Shown: positions 29,311-40,379 of the stretch, one piece after another
How positions within the stretch are numbered: position 1 is the stretch's first letter
Layout: each line of letters starts with the position of its first letter
Assembly (NCBI GenBank): GCA_963733035.1
Contig: CAVTBU010000004.1
Location: forward strand, 320,001 to 384,000
DNA: 64,000 nt
Direction: 5' to 3'
Source: Pirellulales bacterium
GTDB lineage: Bacteria > Planctomycetota > Planctomycetia > Pirellulales > PALSA-1355
Translations under genes and position numbers: made by a program
The notes under the pieces: model-generated
Databases searched by the model: none
What the model saw: only the letters and a program-made list of their open reading frames with translations
Told to the model about the DNA's origin: nothing

Positions 29311-30666
29311 ATGGAACCGGCATCCCAGCTAGAGGCAGAAAACCGAACGCAGGCAGCCTATCGCCGCGCCCGGCAGATCATTCCAGGGGGCACGCAACTG
29401 CTGAGCAAGCGACCGGAAATGTACGCGCCCGAACAGTGGCCCGCGTATTATGCCGAAGCGCGCGGCTGCGATGTTACCGACCTCGACGGCCGCCGCTACG
29501 TCGACATGTCGACCTCCGGCATCGGCGCGTGCTTGTTGGGCTATGCCGATCCGGACGTCACCGCTGCCGTGGTGCGCCGCGTCCAGCGGGGTTCGATGTG
29601 CACGCTCAACTGTCCAGAAGAGCTCGAACTTGCGGAGCTGTTGCTCTCGCTGCACCCGTGGGCCGAACAAGCGCGGTTCTGTCGCTCGGGAGGCGAGGCA
29701 ATGGCCATTGCCGTGCGTCTGGCGCGAGCCGCGACTGGGCGAGACCGGGTCGCATTCTGCGGATACCACGGCTGGTCCGATTGGTACCTGGCCGCCAATT
29801 TGCCGGTTCCTGGAGAAGACGACCGCGACGATCCGTTGCGTGGTCACCTATTACCGGGGCTGCCACCAACTGGCGTTCCTCGGGGTCTCGCCGGCACGGC
29901 GCTGCCCTTCACTTACAATCACCTGGACCAGCTTGAACGACTCGTGCGGCGGTACGGCCAGGAACTTGGCGCAGTCGTGATGGAGCCAACTCGCTCGGTC
30001 GACCCGCAGCCTGGCTTTCTTGAAGGAGTGAAGGAGCTGTGCCGCTCTTGCGGCGCCGTTCTGATTTTTGACGAAATCTCCGCCGGCTGGCGGTTTGCGC
30101 TGGGTGGAGCGCACTTGCACTACGGCGTGACGCCCGACGTGGCCGTGTTCGCCAAAGCTCTTGGTAATGGGCATCCCATTGCCGCGATCATCGGGCGGCG
30201 AGACGTCATGCAAGCCGCCCAGACTTCCTTCATTTCGAGCACCTATTGGACGGAGGGCGTGGGCTATGCCGCCGCAGTGGCCACGTTGCGCAAGATGCAA
30301 CAAGTGGACGTGCGATCGTACGTTCGTCAGATCGGTGAACAGTTTCGCGAGGGTTGGCGCGAGCTGAGCGCCAAGCACGACGTACCAATGCGGCTCGCGG
30401 GGCATCCGGTCCTTCTCTCGCTCGGCTTCGATCACCCCGACGCCGCAGCGTTGAGTACGCTGCTGACAACACGCATGCTTGAGCGCGGCTTCCTCGTAGG
30501 CGTCGGATTCTATCCCACCCTCGCGCACCAACCCGCCCATGTGACTGCCTGTCTGGACGCCGCCGACGACGTGATGGCGGAACTTGCGACGGCAATTCGG
30601 CAGAACGACGTTACCACACGACTTGCCGGTCCCGTTCGACACACCGGTTTCGCACGGCTCACGTAA
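29311..30666 (+). CDS. Class III PLP aminotransferase (glutamate-1-semialdehyde aminomutase-like)
   Basis: IPGGTQLLSKRPE, DLDGRRYVD, SGGEAMAIAVRLARA.TGR, GYHGW, LIFDEISAGWR, VFAKALGNG (PLP Lys), SSTYW. Confidence 0.92.
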   Translation: MEPASQLEAENRTQAAYRRARQIIPGGTQLLSKRPEMYAPEQWPAYYAEARGCDVTDLDGRRYVDMSTSGIGACLLGYADPDVTAAVVRRVQRGSMCTLNCPEELELAELLLSLHPWAEQARFCRSGGEAMAIAVRLARAATGRDRVAFCGYHGWSDWYLAANLPVPGEDDRDDPLRGHLLPGLPPTGVPRGLAGTALPFTYNHLDQLERLVRRYGQELGAVVMEPTRSVDPQPGFLEGVKELCRSCGAVLIFDEISAGWRFALGGAHLHYGVTPDVAVFAKALGNGHPIAAIIGRRDVMQAAQTSFISSTYWTEGVGYAAAVATLRKMQQVDVRSYVRQIGEQFREGWRELSAKHDVPMRLAGHPVLLSLGFDHPDAAALSTLLTTRMLERGFLVGVGFYPTLAHQPAHVTACLDAADDVMAELATAIRQNDVTTRLAGPVRHTGFARLT

Positions 30667-30741
30667 TAACGAAAACATCTGAAATGACTTGTCGCGACTG
30701 CCCTCCGTTTTCCGCAACCCTCTAAAAAGATCGGATCCTCC

Positions 30742-31564
30742 ATGCGTTTCAGTCGTGTAAAGGCGAAGCTTCGCCGTGGCGAACACGCGCTCATTGTGGC
30801 GTGCCATTTCGCCGATCCCAGTGTTTACGAAATGACCAGCCTGATGGGCTTCGACGGTATTTGGCTTGACCTCGAGCACCATTCCACGAGTTTGGAAACT
30901 GCCTCGAATTTGATGCGCACCGCACGTGTCGGCGGGGCGGATATCATCGCGCAATGCGCTCGCTGGGAAAGCATGCGGATGGGCCGCATTCTGGAGGCCG
31001 GCGCAGGGCATCATGTATCCGCGCTGCGAAACGGCAGACGAAGCCGCCGAGGTCGTCCGTTGGGCGAAATTCGGCCCGCAGGGACAGCGCGGCATCGATG
31101 GTGCGAATCCCGATAATCCGTACTGTTCGACCCCCATGGCTCGCTACTTCGAACTGGCCAATGAACACACGCTGCTGGTGATCCAATTGGAGTCGCCGTT
31201 GGCCTTGGAAAATGCTGACGCGATTGCCGCCGTGCCGGGCGTCGACGTGCTGATGCTGGGTCCCGGGGACTTCAGCGTGCTTTCCGGCATCCCGTGTCAG
31301 CTTGACCACCCCATCGTTCACGATGCCTTCCGTCGCGTGTCGCAAGCCGCCAAAGGGGCTGGCAAATTCTGGGGCACCGTCAGTCCCTCGCCTGAACACT
31401 CACGGATGCTGATGGACCTGGGCGCTCAGTTCATTTGTCACGGCGTTGATATTCTCTATCTCAAACAAGCTTGGGAGGGAATCCAAGAGCGATACGGGAA
31501 GCTCGGCTTTAAGTTCGACAACCGCCTGGCGGCCGAGGCCGCCGAGTTGAGCAAGATGTCATGA
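30742..31564 (+). CDS. HpcH/HpaI class II pyruvate aldolase family protein, frameshift near 31003
   Basis: GFDGIWLDLEH in the first frame; GIMYPR, FGPQGQRG, IQLES, VPGVDVLMLGPGDFS in the second frame. Confidence 0.9.
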
Positions 31565-32562
31565 CGGACCGGCCACGTGTACTTGTCGTGGGAGCGGGTT
31601 CCATCGGTGAGCGGCATCTTCGCTGTTTTGCCGCGACCGGTCGTGCACGGTTGTCCCTCTGTGAAATCAACGCCACGGTTCGCCGAACCGTCGCCGAGCG
31701 CTACTCGATTGACGACCAATACGAAACGTACGCCGAGGCGTTGACCGGCCAGCCGGAGATTGTCATGCTGTGCACGCCCGCACATTTGCATGTGCCGATG
31801 GCGATTGAAGCGGCCCGCGCGGGTGCCCATTTGCTTATCGAAAAGCCGCTGAGCACCTCCACGGAAAGAATAGACGAATTGACGCGAATTGTCCGCGAGC
31901 GCGGCCTTGTGGCATCCGTTGCCTACGTCTCTCGCTGCCATCCGGCCCTGACGGCTATGCGGGCAGCGCTGCAGGAGGGCCGGTTCGGCAAGCCACTCGA
32001 GATCGTGGCCACCAGCGGACAACATTTCCCGCTCTATCGCCCTGCCTACCGCGAAATCTATTACAACAACCGAGCCACGGGCGGTGGCGCCGTGCAAGAT
32101 GCCCTGACACACACCATCAACACGGGTCAGTGGCTCGTAGGCGGCGTGGATCGCGTGGTGGCAGACGTCGCCCATCTGGCTCTGCCGGGCGTCGAGGTCG
32201 AAGACACGGCGCATGTGCTCGCACGGCATGGCAGCGTGCTTGGTTGCTACAGCTTGAACCAGCACCAAGCGCCAAATGAAACAACCATCACGGTCATTTG
32301 CGAGCACGGTACGTCCCGCTTCGAAAACCACGAGAGCCGCTGGCGATGGATGTCCGAACCAGGCGGACAGTGGACCAATGAAAACGTCGAACCCCTCGAG
32401 CGTGATACACTTTTCGTGCGGCAGGCCAACGCCATGCTCGACACCGTCGCCGGTAAGCAACAACCGCTTTGCTCACTGGCCGAGGCAATTCACACCCTGA
32501 ACGTCAACTTGGCGATTCTGCGTTCCGCCGAGGTCGGAACCTGGGAAACAGTCTTGCCCTAA
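31561..32562 (+). CDS. Gfo/Idh/MocA family NAD(P)-dependent oxidoreductase
   Basis: VVGAGSIGERH, CTPAHLH, HLLIEKPL, GGGAVQDALTH. The start overlaps the preceding stop (ATGA). Confidence 0.93.
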   Translation: MTDRPRVLVVGAGSIGERHLRCFAATGRARLSLCEINATVRRTVAERYSIDDQYETYAEALTGQPEIVMLCTPAHLHVPMAIEAARAGAHLLIEKPLSTSTERIDELTRIVRERGLVASVAYVSRCHPALTAMRAALQEGRFGKPLEIVATSGQHFPLYRPAYREIYYNNRATGGGAVQDALTHTINTGQWLVGGVDRVVADVAHLALPGVEVEDTAHVLARHGSVLGCYSLNQHQAPNETTITVICEHGTSRFENHESRWRWMSEPGGQWTNENVEPLERDTLFVRQANAMLDTVAGKQQPLCSLAEAIHTLNVNLAILRSAEVGTWETVLP

Positions 32563-32572
32563 GAGGAACTCC

Positions 32573-33371
32573 ATGACCGAGCCGCAACGGAGCGTCCAAC
32601 AGTTGTTTGACCTGAGCGGGCGTGTTGCTCTGGTGACTGGTGCCACGGGTCATCTTGGCAGCGCCTTGGCCGCCGCACTGGCAGAGGCCGGCGCGGGTTG
32701 TCGTCGGCAGCCGCGATTTGTCTAAAGCCAAAGTTGCCGCCGAGCAATTGAAGGGGGCCCAGTCGGGACGCCATTTGGGAGTTTCGATCAATCATTTGGA
32801 CGAAGCGTCCATCGAACAGGGTTTCTCCGCCGCGGTTGCCGAGGCCGGACAGATCGACATCCTGGTGAACAATGGCCACGAAGGCCTGGCGGCCGATTGG
32901 CGCGACGTCACCGGCGAGCAGTTCACGCGGCAACTCGCGAATGCCACGGGGTATTTCCTGCTCGCTCGCGCGCTGCGCGATCACGTGGCTGCACGAAATG
33001 CTCCGGCCAGCGTGATTCTTCTCGGTTCAATGTACGGAATGGTGGCCTCCTATCCCGATGCGTACGCAGGCATTTGTTCGGCCAGCCCCGTGGCATATCA
33101 CACGCTCAAAGGAGGGATCATTCACCTCACGAGGCATCTGGCCGTCTACTGGGCTGCCGACCGAGTGCGCATAAATTGCTTGAGCCCCGGTCCATTTCCC
33201 TCACCGCAGGCCAATGCCGAAATGGTCGAACGCCTCAAGCGGCGCTCACCCATGGCTCGCATGGGCGAACCGGAGGAGTTGAAGGGCGCGGTGGTGTTTC
33301 TGGCATCCGATGCGAGCAGCTACATGACAGGACAAAACATGGTCATCGACGGTGGTTGGACGGCCTGGTAA
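32573..33371 (+). CDS. SDR family oxidoreductase, frameshift near 32692
   Basis: GAGG RBS, MTEPQRSVQQLFDLSGRVALVTGATGHLG (read by hand), then IDILVNN, GSMYG, YHTLK (YxxxK), RINCLSPG, TGQNMVIDGGWTAW. Confidence 0.92.
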
Positions 33372-33444
33372 GAGGCGACTACCATGGGGTTGTCGACATT
33401 GTCCCGTCCCACCGCTCCTTCGCAGACCCATCGGGAGTCGCATC

Positions 33445-34701
33445 ATGGCCAACACGCGGCGTGACTTTCTCAAGTCGTCTCTCGTGGCTGGCGTTTCGCT
33501 CTCGATCATCCCCTTCAACCGAGACGTCGCAGCGGCCGACGCGATGTCGAACGATACCGACTATCGTCTGACGCGCGACGTGCCGACGCGCTATTTCGAC
33601 GGCGATCATTGCTGGTGCCATCCTCGCGCCGGCATCGTTCCCGACGCGGGCCAGGACGATTGTCCACGGGTGGTGATGACCATGAACACGATGGATCTCG
33701 CCGGCAGCGACGTATTCAAGGGCGTCTTCGATCTGCATACGAACGACCTGGGGAAGTCGTGGACGCAGCCTCGCAAACTGGCCTCCATGGCACCCCGGCA
33801 AGAGACGATTGACGGCGTCGAGCGACCTGTCGCAGCGAGCGATTTCTGGCCGCAGTGGCATGCGCAGTCCAAAATGCTACTCGGCACCGGACACTCGGTG
33901 GTCTATACGCCCGAGTGGAAAGTCGTGTCGAATCGCCCACGTCATACCGTATACGCCACTTACGATGCCCAGTCGGACGAGTGGATGGCCTGGCGCAAGC
34001 TGGAAATGCCGGCCGAGAAAAAGTTTGCCAATTCCGGCGCAGGGTGCACGCAGCGAGTGGATCAGCCAGACGGCACGATACTGCTGCCGTTCTACTTCAA
34101 GCCGCTCGAAAGCAACACCCGCGTGTCGGTCATGCGTTGCATGTTCGGTGACAAGGAGCTGAAGTATGTCGATCATGGCAATGAACTGGGCATTGACGAC
34201 GAAACGCGCGGGGTGGGAGAGCCGTCGCTGGCCCGCTTTGACGGTAAGTACTTTCTGACTGTCAGGCATGACAAGCGGGCTTATGTGACCCGCGGCGATG
34301 ACGGCACGCATTTCGCGCCGCTTCGCACGTGGACATTCGATGATGGCAGCGAGTTGGGCAGCTACAACACGCAGGCACATTGGGTGACACACAGCGATGC
34401 GCTATATCTCGTTTATACCCGTCGTGGCTTGAACAACGATCATGTCTTTCGAAATCGAGCGCCGCTCGTAATGGCCCAGGTCGATCCTGAGCGGCTCTGC
34501 GTGTTGCGAGATACCGAGACTTCCTTGGTTCCCGAGCGTGGTGCTCGGTTGGGCAATTTCGGAGTTACGGACGTAAGCCCCGCGGAAACCTGGGTAACCG
34601 TGGCCGAGTGGATGCAGCCGGTGGGGTGTGAGAAATATGGCAGCGACGGCAGCGTTTACGTGGCGCGAATCCACTGGAAACGCCCGAATCGACTGTTTTG
34701 A
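33445..34701 (+). CDS. Tat-exported sialidase/BNR-type beta-propeller
   Basis: GGGAG RBS, Tat motif TRRDFLK, Asp-boxes TNDLGKSW and GDDGTHF, DGTILLPFY, GEPSL, R.PL. Confidence 0.75.
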   Translation: MANTRRDFLKSSLVAGVSLSIIPFNRDVAAADAMSNDTDYRLTRDVPTRYFDGDHCWCHPRAGIVPDAGQDDCPRVVMTMNTMDLAGSDVFKGVFDLHTNDLGKSWTQPRKLASMAPRQETIDGVERPVAASDFWPQWHAQSKMLLGTGHSVVYTPEWKVVSNRPRHTVYATYDAQSDEWMAWRKLEMPAEKKFANSGAGCTQRVDQPDGTILLPFYFKPLESNTRVSVMRCMFGDKELKYVDHGNELGIDDETRGVGEPSLARFDGKYFLTVRHDKRAYVTRGDDGTHFAPLRTWTFDDGSELGSYNTQAHWVTHSDALYLVYTRRGLNNDHVFRNRAPLVMAQVDPERLCVLRDTETSLVPERGARLGNFGVTDVSPAETWVTVAEWMQPVGCEKYGSDGSVYVARIHWKRPNRLF

Positions 34702-35045
34702 CCGCCTCTGAGCAAGGCTTGCGCGGAGTTCTTCGACTTCGCCTAGCTCCCCGCTCCGCCATAGGCGCTGTGCCGGCCAGCAACGCTAGCACTTGCGACG
34801 AATCCGGCTTGCAGCCCGAGCAAGATTGTTCTATCGTCCCCACCCCTCACTGCTGCGCGCCGGTATTCGGGTGCGCGGAGTCGAGTCCCGTCAACGACTG
34901 AACGCACGATAGGCGGCGCCCGGGGGCGCCGTCACACATCAAACACAGTTCGACCAATCTTGTCTGTCCAGGGGGGCATGACACGTCTTGGAATGGATAC
35001 CATGCCAGCGCCCAAACGCTGTCCGCTTTCCGGCTGCGCGCCGCG

Positions 35046-36509
35046 ATGGCGTGCCTGGTGCGAACGCCCCTGCTGCGGTGCCTCTGTGCTGCGCTGTTTG
35101 TGTTCTTGGTGCCCGCATTGGGCCAGGCGCAAACGACACCTAGACGGATGCAGAGAACCGCGTCGAGTCGCCTTAAGAATCCACCTGAAGTCGTATCGAC
35201 GCCGCCGACGGTCGATCCATCTCAATCGACGAACACCGCACAGCCTATTTACGAGTTTGAGAGCAGCCCAGTCGACGGTTCCGGTGACGAGTACATAGAG
35301 TCGGGTGACGGTGGCCAAATCTATGACGATGGATCATTTGTCAACGGCGGTTTTGACGACGAGATGTATTGGGGAGACGGTGGCTATCGCCGCTACGGAT
35401 GCCCGGGCATTTTCTGTCACCCATTGTGCTGCCAACAACTCTACCTTCGCGCCGACTATTTGCTGTGGTGGGGAAGAGGATTCTCCGCTCCGCCGCTGGT
35501 AACCACCTCCTTGCCGAACACGAGCAGCACCGATGCCGGAGTACTCGGTCTGTCGAGCACCTCCGTCTTGTTTCCAAACGGCACTCTGGCCGGGGCATCA
35601 CAGTCAGGTGGCCGGGCGCGAATCGGGTACTGGTTCGATCCCTGCGATACAGCAGCCGTTGAAGGAACGTACTTCGCCATCGGGCAAGCGAACTCAAGCT
35701 TCTCGGCCTCGAATTCCGACTACCCGATCCTGGCGCGACCGTTCGTCAATGTGACCACCGGCTCCGTCGGGAACGCCGCTCAACTGATTGCGTATCCAAA
35801 TTTGTATTCGGGAAGCATCGCGGTCAGGGGAACGTCGACTCTGCAAGGCGCGGAAGTCATCGTGCGACACCTGATTGGTCGCGGTAACGATTGGCGACTC
35901 GACTGGACGCTGGGCTGGCGATACAACCGCCTGGATGACAACCTCAACATCACCGGCAATCGCGTCACGCTCGGAGGCGAGACGGCGCCCGTCGCCGGCG
36001 CCACGTTGACCCAGTGGGACCGATTCTCGACCAGAAACACCTTCAACGGCGTGCAGCTCGGCATGATCTCCGAGATGCGGCGGCAGCGCTGGTGGTTCGA
36101 GACTCGCGCGTCGTTGGCTCTTGGCGTCAACCGTGCGCTGGTCGATATCGGAGGACAATCGACATCCGTCACGCCCATGGGGGGCGGAAGCCAAACCGTA
36201 ACCACCCCCGGCGGATTATTGACGCAACCGTCGAACATCGGTCAGTACTACAACGATGACTTTGCCATCGTGCCGCAGATCGGTCTGAACCTGGGCTTCG
36301 AACTCACCAGCGGCCTGTGGGCCACCTTCGGCTACAACTTCATGTACTGGAGCCGCGTCGCTCGGCCCGGCGATCAAATCGACACCGACGTCAATCTCAG
36401 CCAGTCGAGTGGCGGGACCCTGGTCGGCCTGCCTCGCCCTGCCTACTCGGGTCTAACCACCGACTACTGGGCACAGGGTCTCAACTTCGGTCTGGCCTAC
36501 CGGTACTAG
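35046..36509 (+). CDS. BBP7 (DUF1551)-type planctomycete outer-membrane beta-barrel protein
   Basis: Signal peptide, acidic and Cys-containing linker, LRADYLLWW...PPLVTT, ILARPF.N, D.FSTRNTFNG.QLG, VARPGDQID, C-terminal QGLNFGLAYRY. Confidence 0.85.
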   Translation: MACLVRTPLLRCLCAALFVFLVPALGQAQTTPRRMQRTASSRLKNPPEVVSTPPTVDPSQSTNTAQPIYEFESSPVDGSGDEYIESGDGGQIYDDGSFVNGGFDDEMYWGDGGYRRYGCPGIFCHPLCCQQLYLRADYLLWWGRGFSAPPLVTTSLPNTSSTDAGVLGLSSTSVLFPNGTLAGASQSGGRARIGYWFDPCDTAAVEGTYFAIGQANSSFSASNSDYPILARPFVNVTTGSVGNAAQLIAYPNLYSGSIAVRGTSTLQGAEVIVRHLIGRGNDWRLDWTLGWRYNRLDDNLNITGNRVTLGGETAPVAGATLTQWDRFSTRNTFNGVQLGMISEMRRQRWWFETRASLALGVNRALVDIGGQSTSVTPMGGGSQTVTTPGGLLTQPSNIGQYYNDDFAIVPQIGLNLGFELTSGLWATFGYNFMYWSRVARPGDQIDTDVNLSQSSGGTLVGLPRPAYSGLTTDYWAQGLNFGLAYRY

Positions 36510-36673
36510 CTGCCAGTTGAAAAATGCCGTCGTGGCATTGTTTCAACCTCGCCAAGTGCGAAGCAAAGCTCCGCACGGCTCGCAAAATAACGACTTACGT
36601 CGCTATTTTGGCATCGCATCCATACGATGACGCAGCCCGCCGAATTCTTCAACAGCCTGCTAGGTTTGTCCGA

Positions 36674-37942
36674 TCAACCGCGCCGATGTGCCCGTTTTGT
36701 CGTGGCGCACACGTCGACGACGCGTCCGGTATCCGAAAGCGCCACATGAAAGCGTTGAGAACCCTCGATACGGTGGACGGATAGATGATAGGCCTCATCC
36801 GTCACCGCCAGGTACGGCCGCTCGGTTGGCGTGGCGGGAGACCGCAGGCGGCCCCACGATCCGTCGCCCAGGTAGACGATGCCATTCGTGTTCGTATGTC
36901 CGCCCAGAAGCGGATGCGTGCGTTTGTATGTATGGTCGTGGTGCTCGAAGACGGCATCCACGTTGTAGCGTTCAAAAAGCGGTACCCAATGTTTGCGATT
37001 GCCGCCGCCGGTGCCCGAGCCGTCCTCATGGTCGCCACCATAGGGTCGATACGATGGGTAGGCCGGCACGTGATTGAATACGAATACCGTGTCGCGCTCC
37101 TCGCGCGCCTTCAGCGTTTTGCCTAGCCAATCGGTCTGCTCGCCGGCAATCGGAGTGGTGTGATCGGTGTCGAGAAACACCAGCGACAGGTAGTCGCCGA
37201 AATCAAGAGCCGCGTAGCCAGTCTCCGGATAGAGCCCGTCAAACATGGCGTAAAAGAACGGGGCCTTTTCGCGCGGCTGATCATACCCGCCGTCAACTTC
37301 GTGATTGCCCAGGCACGCCAATAGCGGAATCAAACGCCCGTTTTCGTCGCGCAAGTCGCGCGAGTAGTCCTTCATGAAGGTGTAAAAGACGCCCGGGTTG
37401 CGGCCGTTCTCGTAGGCAATGTCGCCGCCGATGACGACAAAATGAGGTGCTTGTGCCGCGGCGAGTCGATTTGTTTGAGTCGTGTGCGGACCAATCCCGG
37501 CGTCGCCGCCGGAGACGAATTGAATTGCTTCCGTCGCCCTGGCCGGCATCGTGCGAAAACGCTGCTCGGCCGAATCGAGCCCCACGCGAAACCGGTAGTC
37601 GGTATCGGGCTCGAGCCCGGTAAGCTCCGCCCGGAATACCTGCTTCCCCGTCATCGGAAACGGCTTCGATTGGAAGGACTGCTTTCGCCAGACTTCGGAC
37701 TTGTCCTTGGCAAACCACGCGGGCCGCTCGGCGGCGTCGCCAGGCTCGCCGATCCACTGGATCGCCATCGTCGTGGTCGGATCCCGCCACCAGGTGCAGA
37801 ACAGCGCGGTCGGCTCAAAGGTCGCGTCGCTGGCAAACATCGGCCGAGCAAACGTTTCGCCGCCTACCAGTGAACGAGCGTAGCCGCCGGCCAAAATCAG
37901 CGAGGTCGCCTGCAGGAAACGTCGACGATTGGATTCGATCAT
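36674..37942 (-). CDS. Tat-exported purple-acid-phosphatase-like metallophosphoesterase (FN3-like N-domain)
   Basis: Tat motif NRRRFL, LTGLEPDTDYRFRVG, and metal motifs GGDAG, GGDIAY, GNHE, NHVP, EHHDHTYKRT. Confidence 0.9.
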   Translation of the reverse strand: MIESNRRRFLQATSLILAGGYARSLVGGETFARPMFASDATFEPTALFCTWWRDPTTTMAIQWIGEPGDAAERPAWFAKDKSEVWRKQSFQSKPFPMTGKQVFRAELTGLEPDTDYRFRVGLDSAEQRFRTMPARATEAIQFVSGGDAGIGPHTTQTNRLAAAQAPHFVVIGGDIAYENGRNPGVFYTFMKDYSRDLRDENGRLIPLLACLGNHEVDGGYDQPREKAPFFYAMFDGLYPETGYAALDFGDYLSLVFLDTDHTTPIAGEQTDWLGKTLKAREERDTVFVFNHVPAYPSYRPYGGDHEDGSGTGGGNRKHWVPLFERYNVDAVFEHHDHTYKRTHPLLGGHTNTNGIVYLGDGSWGRLRSPATPTERPYLAVTDEAYHLSVHRIEGSQRFHVALSDTGRVVDVCATTKRAHRRG

Positions 37943-38073
37943 GGGATCTAGACCCCTTGAAATGGAGTTGGTGGGACGAGTGTCCATCCTAAGGAGCCCG
38001 CCGGCGGCAAACAACCTCCGTTGGCCAAGTGGCTTATAATGTCGCGAACGTCGATTTTCTCGTTGCGATGCCG

Positions 38074-38955
38074 ATGCCCGAACTGCCCGATATTACCGTC
38101 TATCTCGAAGCGATCGAACGGCGCATCCTCGGCCTTCCGCTCGACGACGTGCGTGTTCAAAGTCCCTTTCTCCTCCGCACTTTCGACCCACCGCTTGACG
38201 CCGTGAGGGGAAAGCGAGTCTGCGCATTGCGACGACTCGGCAAGCGAATCGCGATCGGTCTGGAAGACGAGCTGTGGCTGGTGCTGCACCTGATGATCGC
38301 CGGCCGCCTGCACTGGAAAGCACGCGCGGCAAAGCTCCGCGGAATGTACCAGCTGGCGGCATTCGATTTTTCCAGCGGCACACTGTTGCTGACCGAGGCC
38401 GGTGCGAAACGGCGAGCGGCCTTGTATTTGGTCGCCGGCGATACGGCGCTCGCGCAGCACGATCCCGGCGGTATCGATGTCTTCTCGGCAACAGATCTAG
38501 AATTTGGCAAGACCATGAGTCGCCGCAATCACACGCTCAAGCGAGCTTTGGCCGATCCAAGCCTGATTAGCGGGATCGGCAATGCCTACTCGGACGAGAT
38601 TCTTCACCGGGCGCAGCTCTCCCCGCTGGCGTTGACACAAAAATTGTCGGCTGAGCAATTCTCGCGTCTTCACGCATCGACGAAAGCTGTACTCAGTGAA
38701 TGGATCGAGCGATTGCGCGAGCAAGCGGGGGACTCCTTTCCCGACGTCATTACGGCATTTCGTCCCGAAATGGCGGTGCACGGCAAATATGGTCAGCCCT
38801 GTCCTGTCTGCGGCGCGCCGATCCAGCGAATTCGCTACGCGGACAACGAAACAAACTATTGTCCGGGCTGCCAGACTGGCGGCAAGATTCTTGCCGATCG
38901 CTCGCTTTCGCGGCTGCTAAAGGACGATTGGCCGCGACACCTCGACGAGTTGTAG
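38074..38955 (+). CDS. Fpg/Nei family DNA glycosylase
   Basis: N-terminal MPELPD, RLGK, HLMIAGR, H2[13 protein letters not shown], zinc finger CPVC...YCPGCQ. Confidence 0.94.
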   Translation: MPELPDITVYLEAIERRILGLPLDDVRVQSPFLLRTFDPPLDAVRGKRVCALRRLGKRIAIGLEDELWLVLHLMIAGRLHWKARAAKLRGMYQLAAFDFSSGTLLLTEAGAKRRAALYLVAGDTALAQHDPGGIDVFSATDLEFGKTMSRRNHTLKRALADPSLISGIGNAYSDEILHRAQLSPLALTQKLSAEQFSRLHASTKAVLSEWIERLREQAGDSFPDVITAFRPEMAVHGKYGQPCPVCGAPIQRIRYADNETNYCPGCQTGGKILADRSLSRLLKDDWPRHLDEL

Positions 38956-39358
38956 GTGAGCTACAGTTACGGTGGGATGACGGGCGATTACACAGGCAGA
39001 GCAGTTTGAAAATGACCCCGCCGCAAAAGCCAGCAGATGGGCCGCTTCCGCGCCCCTTCGCGGTCCCGGATCGCTGCGCAGCTTCTCGGTCCCGCGCTAC
39101 GGTGATGCTTTCACGGCGGGGTGTGTATTAATGGTTGCCTAGCGACTCGGCTCGGACATCCCCCAAATGGATCGGCCGACAAACGAACAGACGTGCGTGG
39201 CAGGAACCTGCACCCCGAAACGCCCTTGCTAATAATACGGATACAACTTCGACGCGTTCGAATTGTGCGGAAAAAGATTGTCAAATCCATTATGCGTCGG
39301 TCAGAATAAATCCACCTAGCCGCCAAATTGCGCAGCCACTCCTGAGAGGCCCGATTCC

Positions 39359-40315
39359 ATGCCCGCCACGCTGATAGCTGTACGTTCCATTGGGGCGCGT
39401 CGAAACCTCCTGGGCGCAACATTGCTCAGTTTGCTATGGTTCACTGCCGCCCAAACATTCGCCGAGACACCAGCCGCCTCGGTAACGGCCGACGAACAGG
39501 CAATCCGCAACGCGGCCGTGGCATTTACCAATGCCTACAATGCCCATGATCCCAGCAGAATCGCGACTCTCTTCACAGCCAATGGCGAATTGGTGGACCC
39601 CAGTGGCGATGCCCAACGAGGCCATGCCGCGATTGAAGCAGTATTCGCAGCCGTGTTCGCGGAATATCCTGACGCGACCACGTCGGTCAAAATCAATTCG
39701 ATCCGCTTTCTCAGTTCGAGCGTGGCGGAAGAGGACGGTGTGGCTACCGTCGTACGCGAGCCTGGCACCGATGGCGAACCCAACCGCTACACGGCCATTC
39801 ACCTCAAACAACCGGACGGAAACTGGCTGATGGCCAGTGCCCGGGACCTGCCGGATGATGAAAATGCCTCGGCGGAGTCGCTCGACGAATTGGGCTGGAT
39901 GATTGGCGATTGGATTGACGAGAGTCCCGATGCATTGGTTGTTACCTCGTATCAATGGTCGGGCAACCACCGCTACATACTTGGGCAGTTTACGATCCGC
40001 GTCGCTGGCAAGCCGGTACTAAACGGCACTCAGCGAATTGGGTGGGATCCGTTGGAAAAAGTGATTCGCAATTGGGTGTTCGACGAGCAAGGGGGATTCA
40101 CGAGCGGCATTTGGACACGAGAAGGAAATCGCTGGATCATCAAGCAATCCGGTGTTACCAGCGCCGGCGAACCGGCCACCGCCACGAACACAATTACGCG
40201 GCTCCGCGGCGACCGCTTTCAATGGGAATCTCGCGATCGAGTGCTGGGCGGCGAGTTTCAGGACGATTCGCCCGCCGTGATTGTTGTTCGAAAGCCGCCG
40301 GAACCAGCCAAATGA
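39359..40315 (+). CDS. Exported NTF2-like (DUF4440/SgcJ-type) protein with second beta domain
   Basis: Signal peptide, DEQAIR...FTNAYNAHD...LFT, G.AAIE, SIRFLS..VA.EDG, then L.ELGWMIGDW and IGWDP....IR.W.FD..GG. Confidence 0.8.
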   Translation: MPATLIAVRSIGARRNLLGATLLSLLWFTAAQTFAETPAASVTADEQAIRNAAVAFTNAYNAHDPSRIATLFTANGELVDPSGDAQRGHAAIEAVFAAVFAEYPDATTSVKINSIRFLSSSVAEEDGVATVVREPGTDGEPNRYTAIHLKQPDGNWLMASARDLPDDENASAESLDELGWMIGDWIDESPDALVVTSYQWSGNHRYILGQFTIRVAGKPVLNGTQRIGWDPLEKVIRNWVFDEQGGFTSGIWTREGNRWIIKQSGVTSAGEPATATNTITRLRGDRFQWESRDRVLGGEFQDDSPAVIVVRKPPEPAK

Positions 40316-40379
40316 CGCGGAGGCTCGACGCTACACCCGTTCGTTTTGAGAATGCCTGATAGTGCGTGGGGAATAGGCG

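Noticed and set aside
29311..30666. Assigning the aminotransferase as hemL
   Set aside because: It starts IPGGTQLLSKRP rather than the HemL PGGVNSPVR motif, and its neighbours are sugar-acid enzymes, not tetrapyrrole genes.
34912..34933. GC-rich hairpin GGCGGCGCCC-gg-GGGCGCCGTC as an intrinsic terminator
   Set aside because: It lies about 210 nt past the upstream stop and has no U-tract, so a function cannot be assigned.
18542..39210. Further sigma54-like strings TGGCATCGAGTTGC (~18542), CGGCATGTCGCTGC (~23395) and TGGCAGGAACCTGC (~39198)
   Set aside because: The GG-to-GC spacing is 9 nt, not the required 10.
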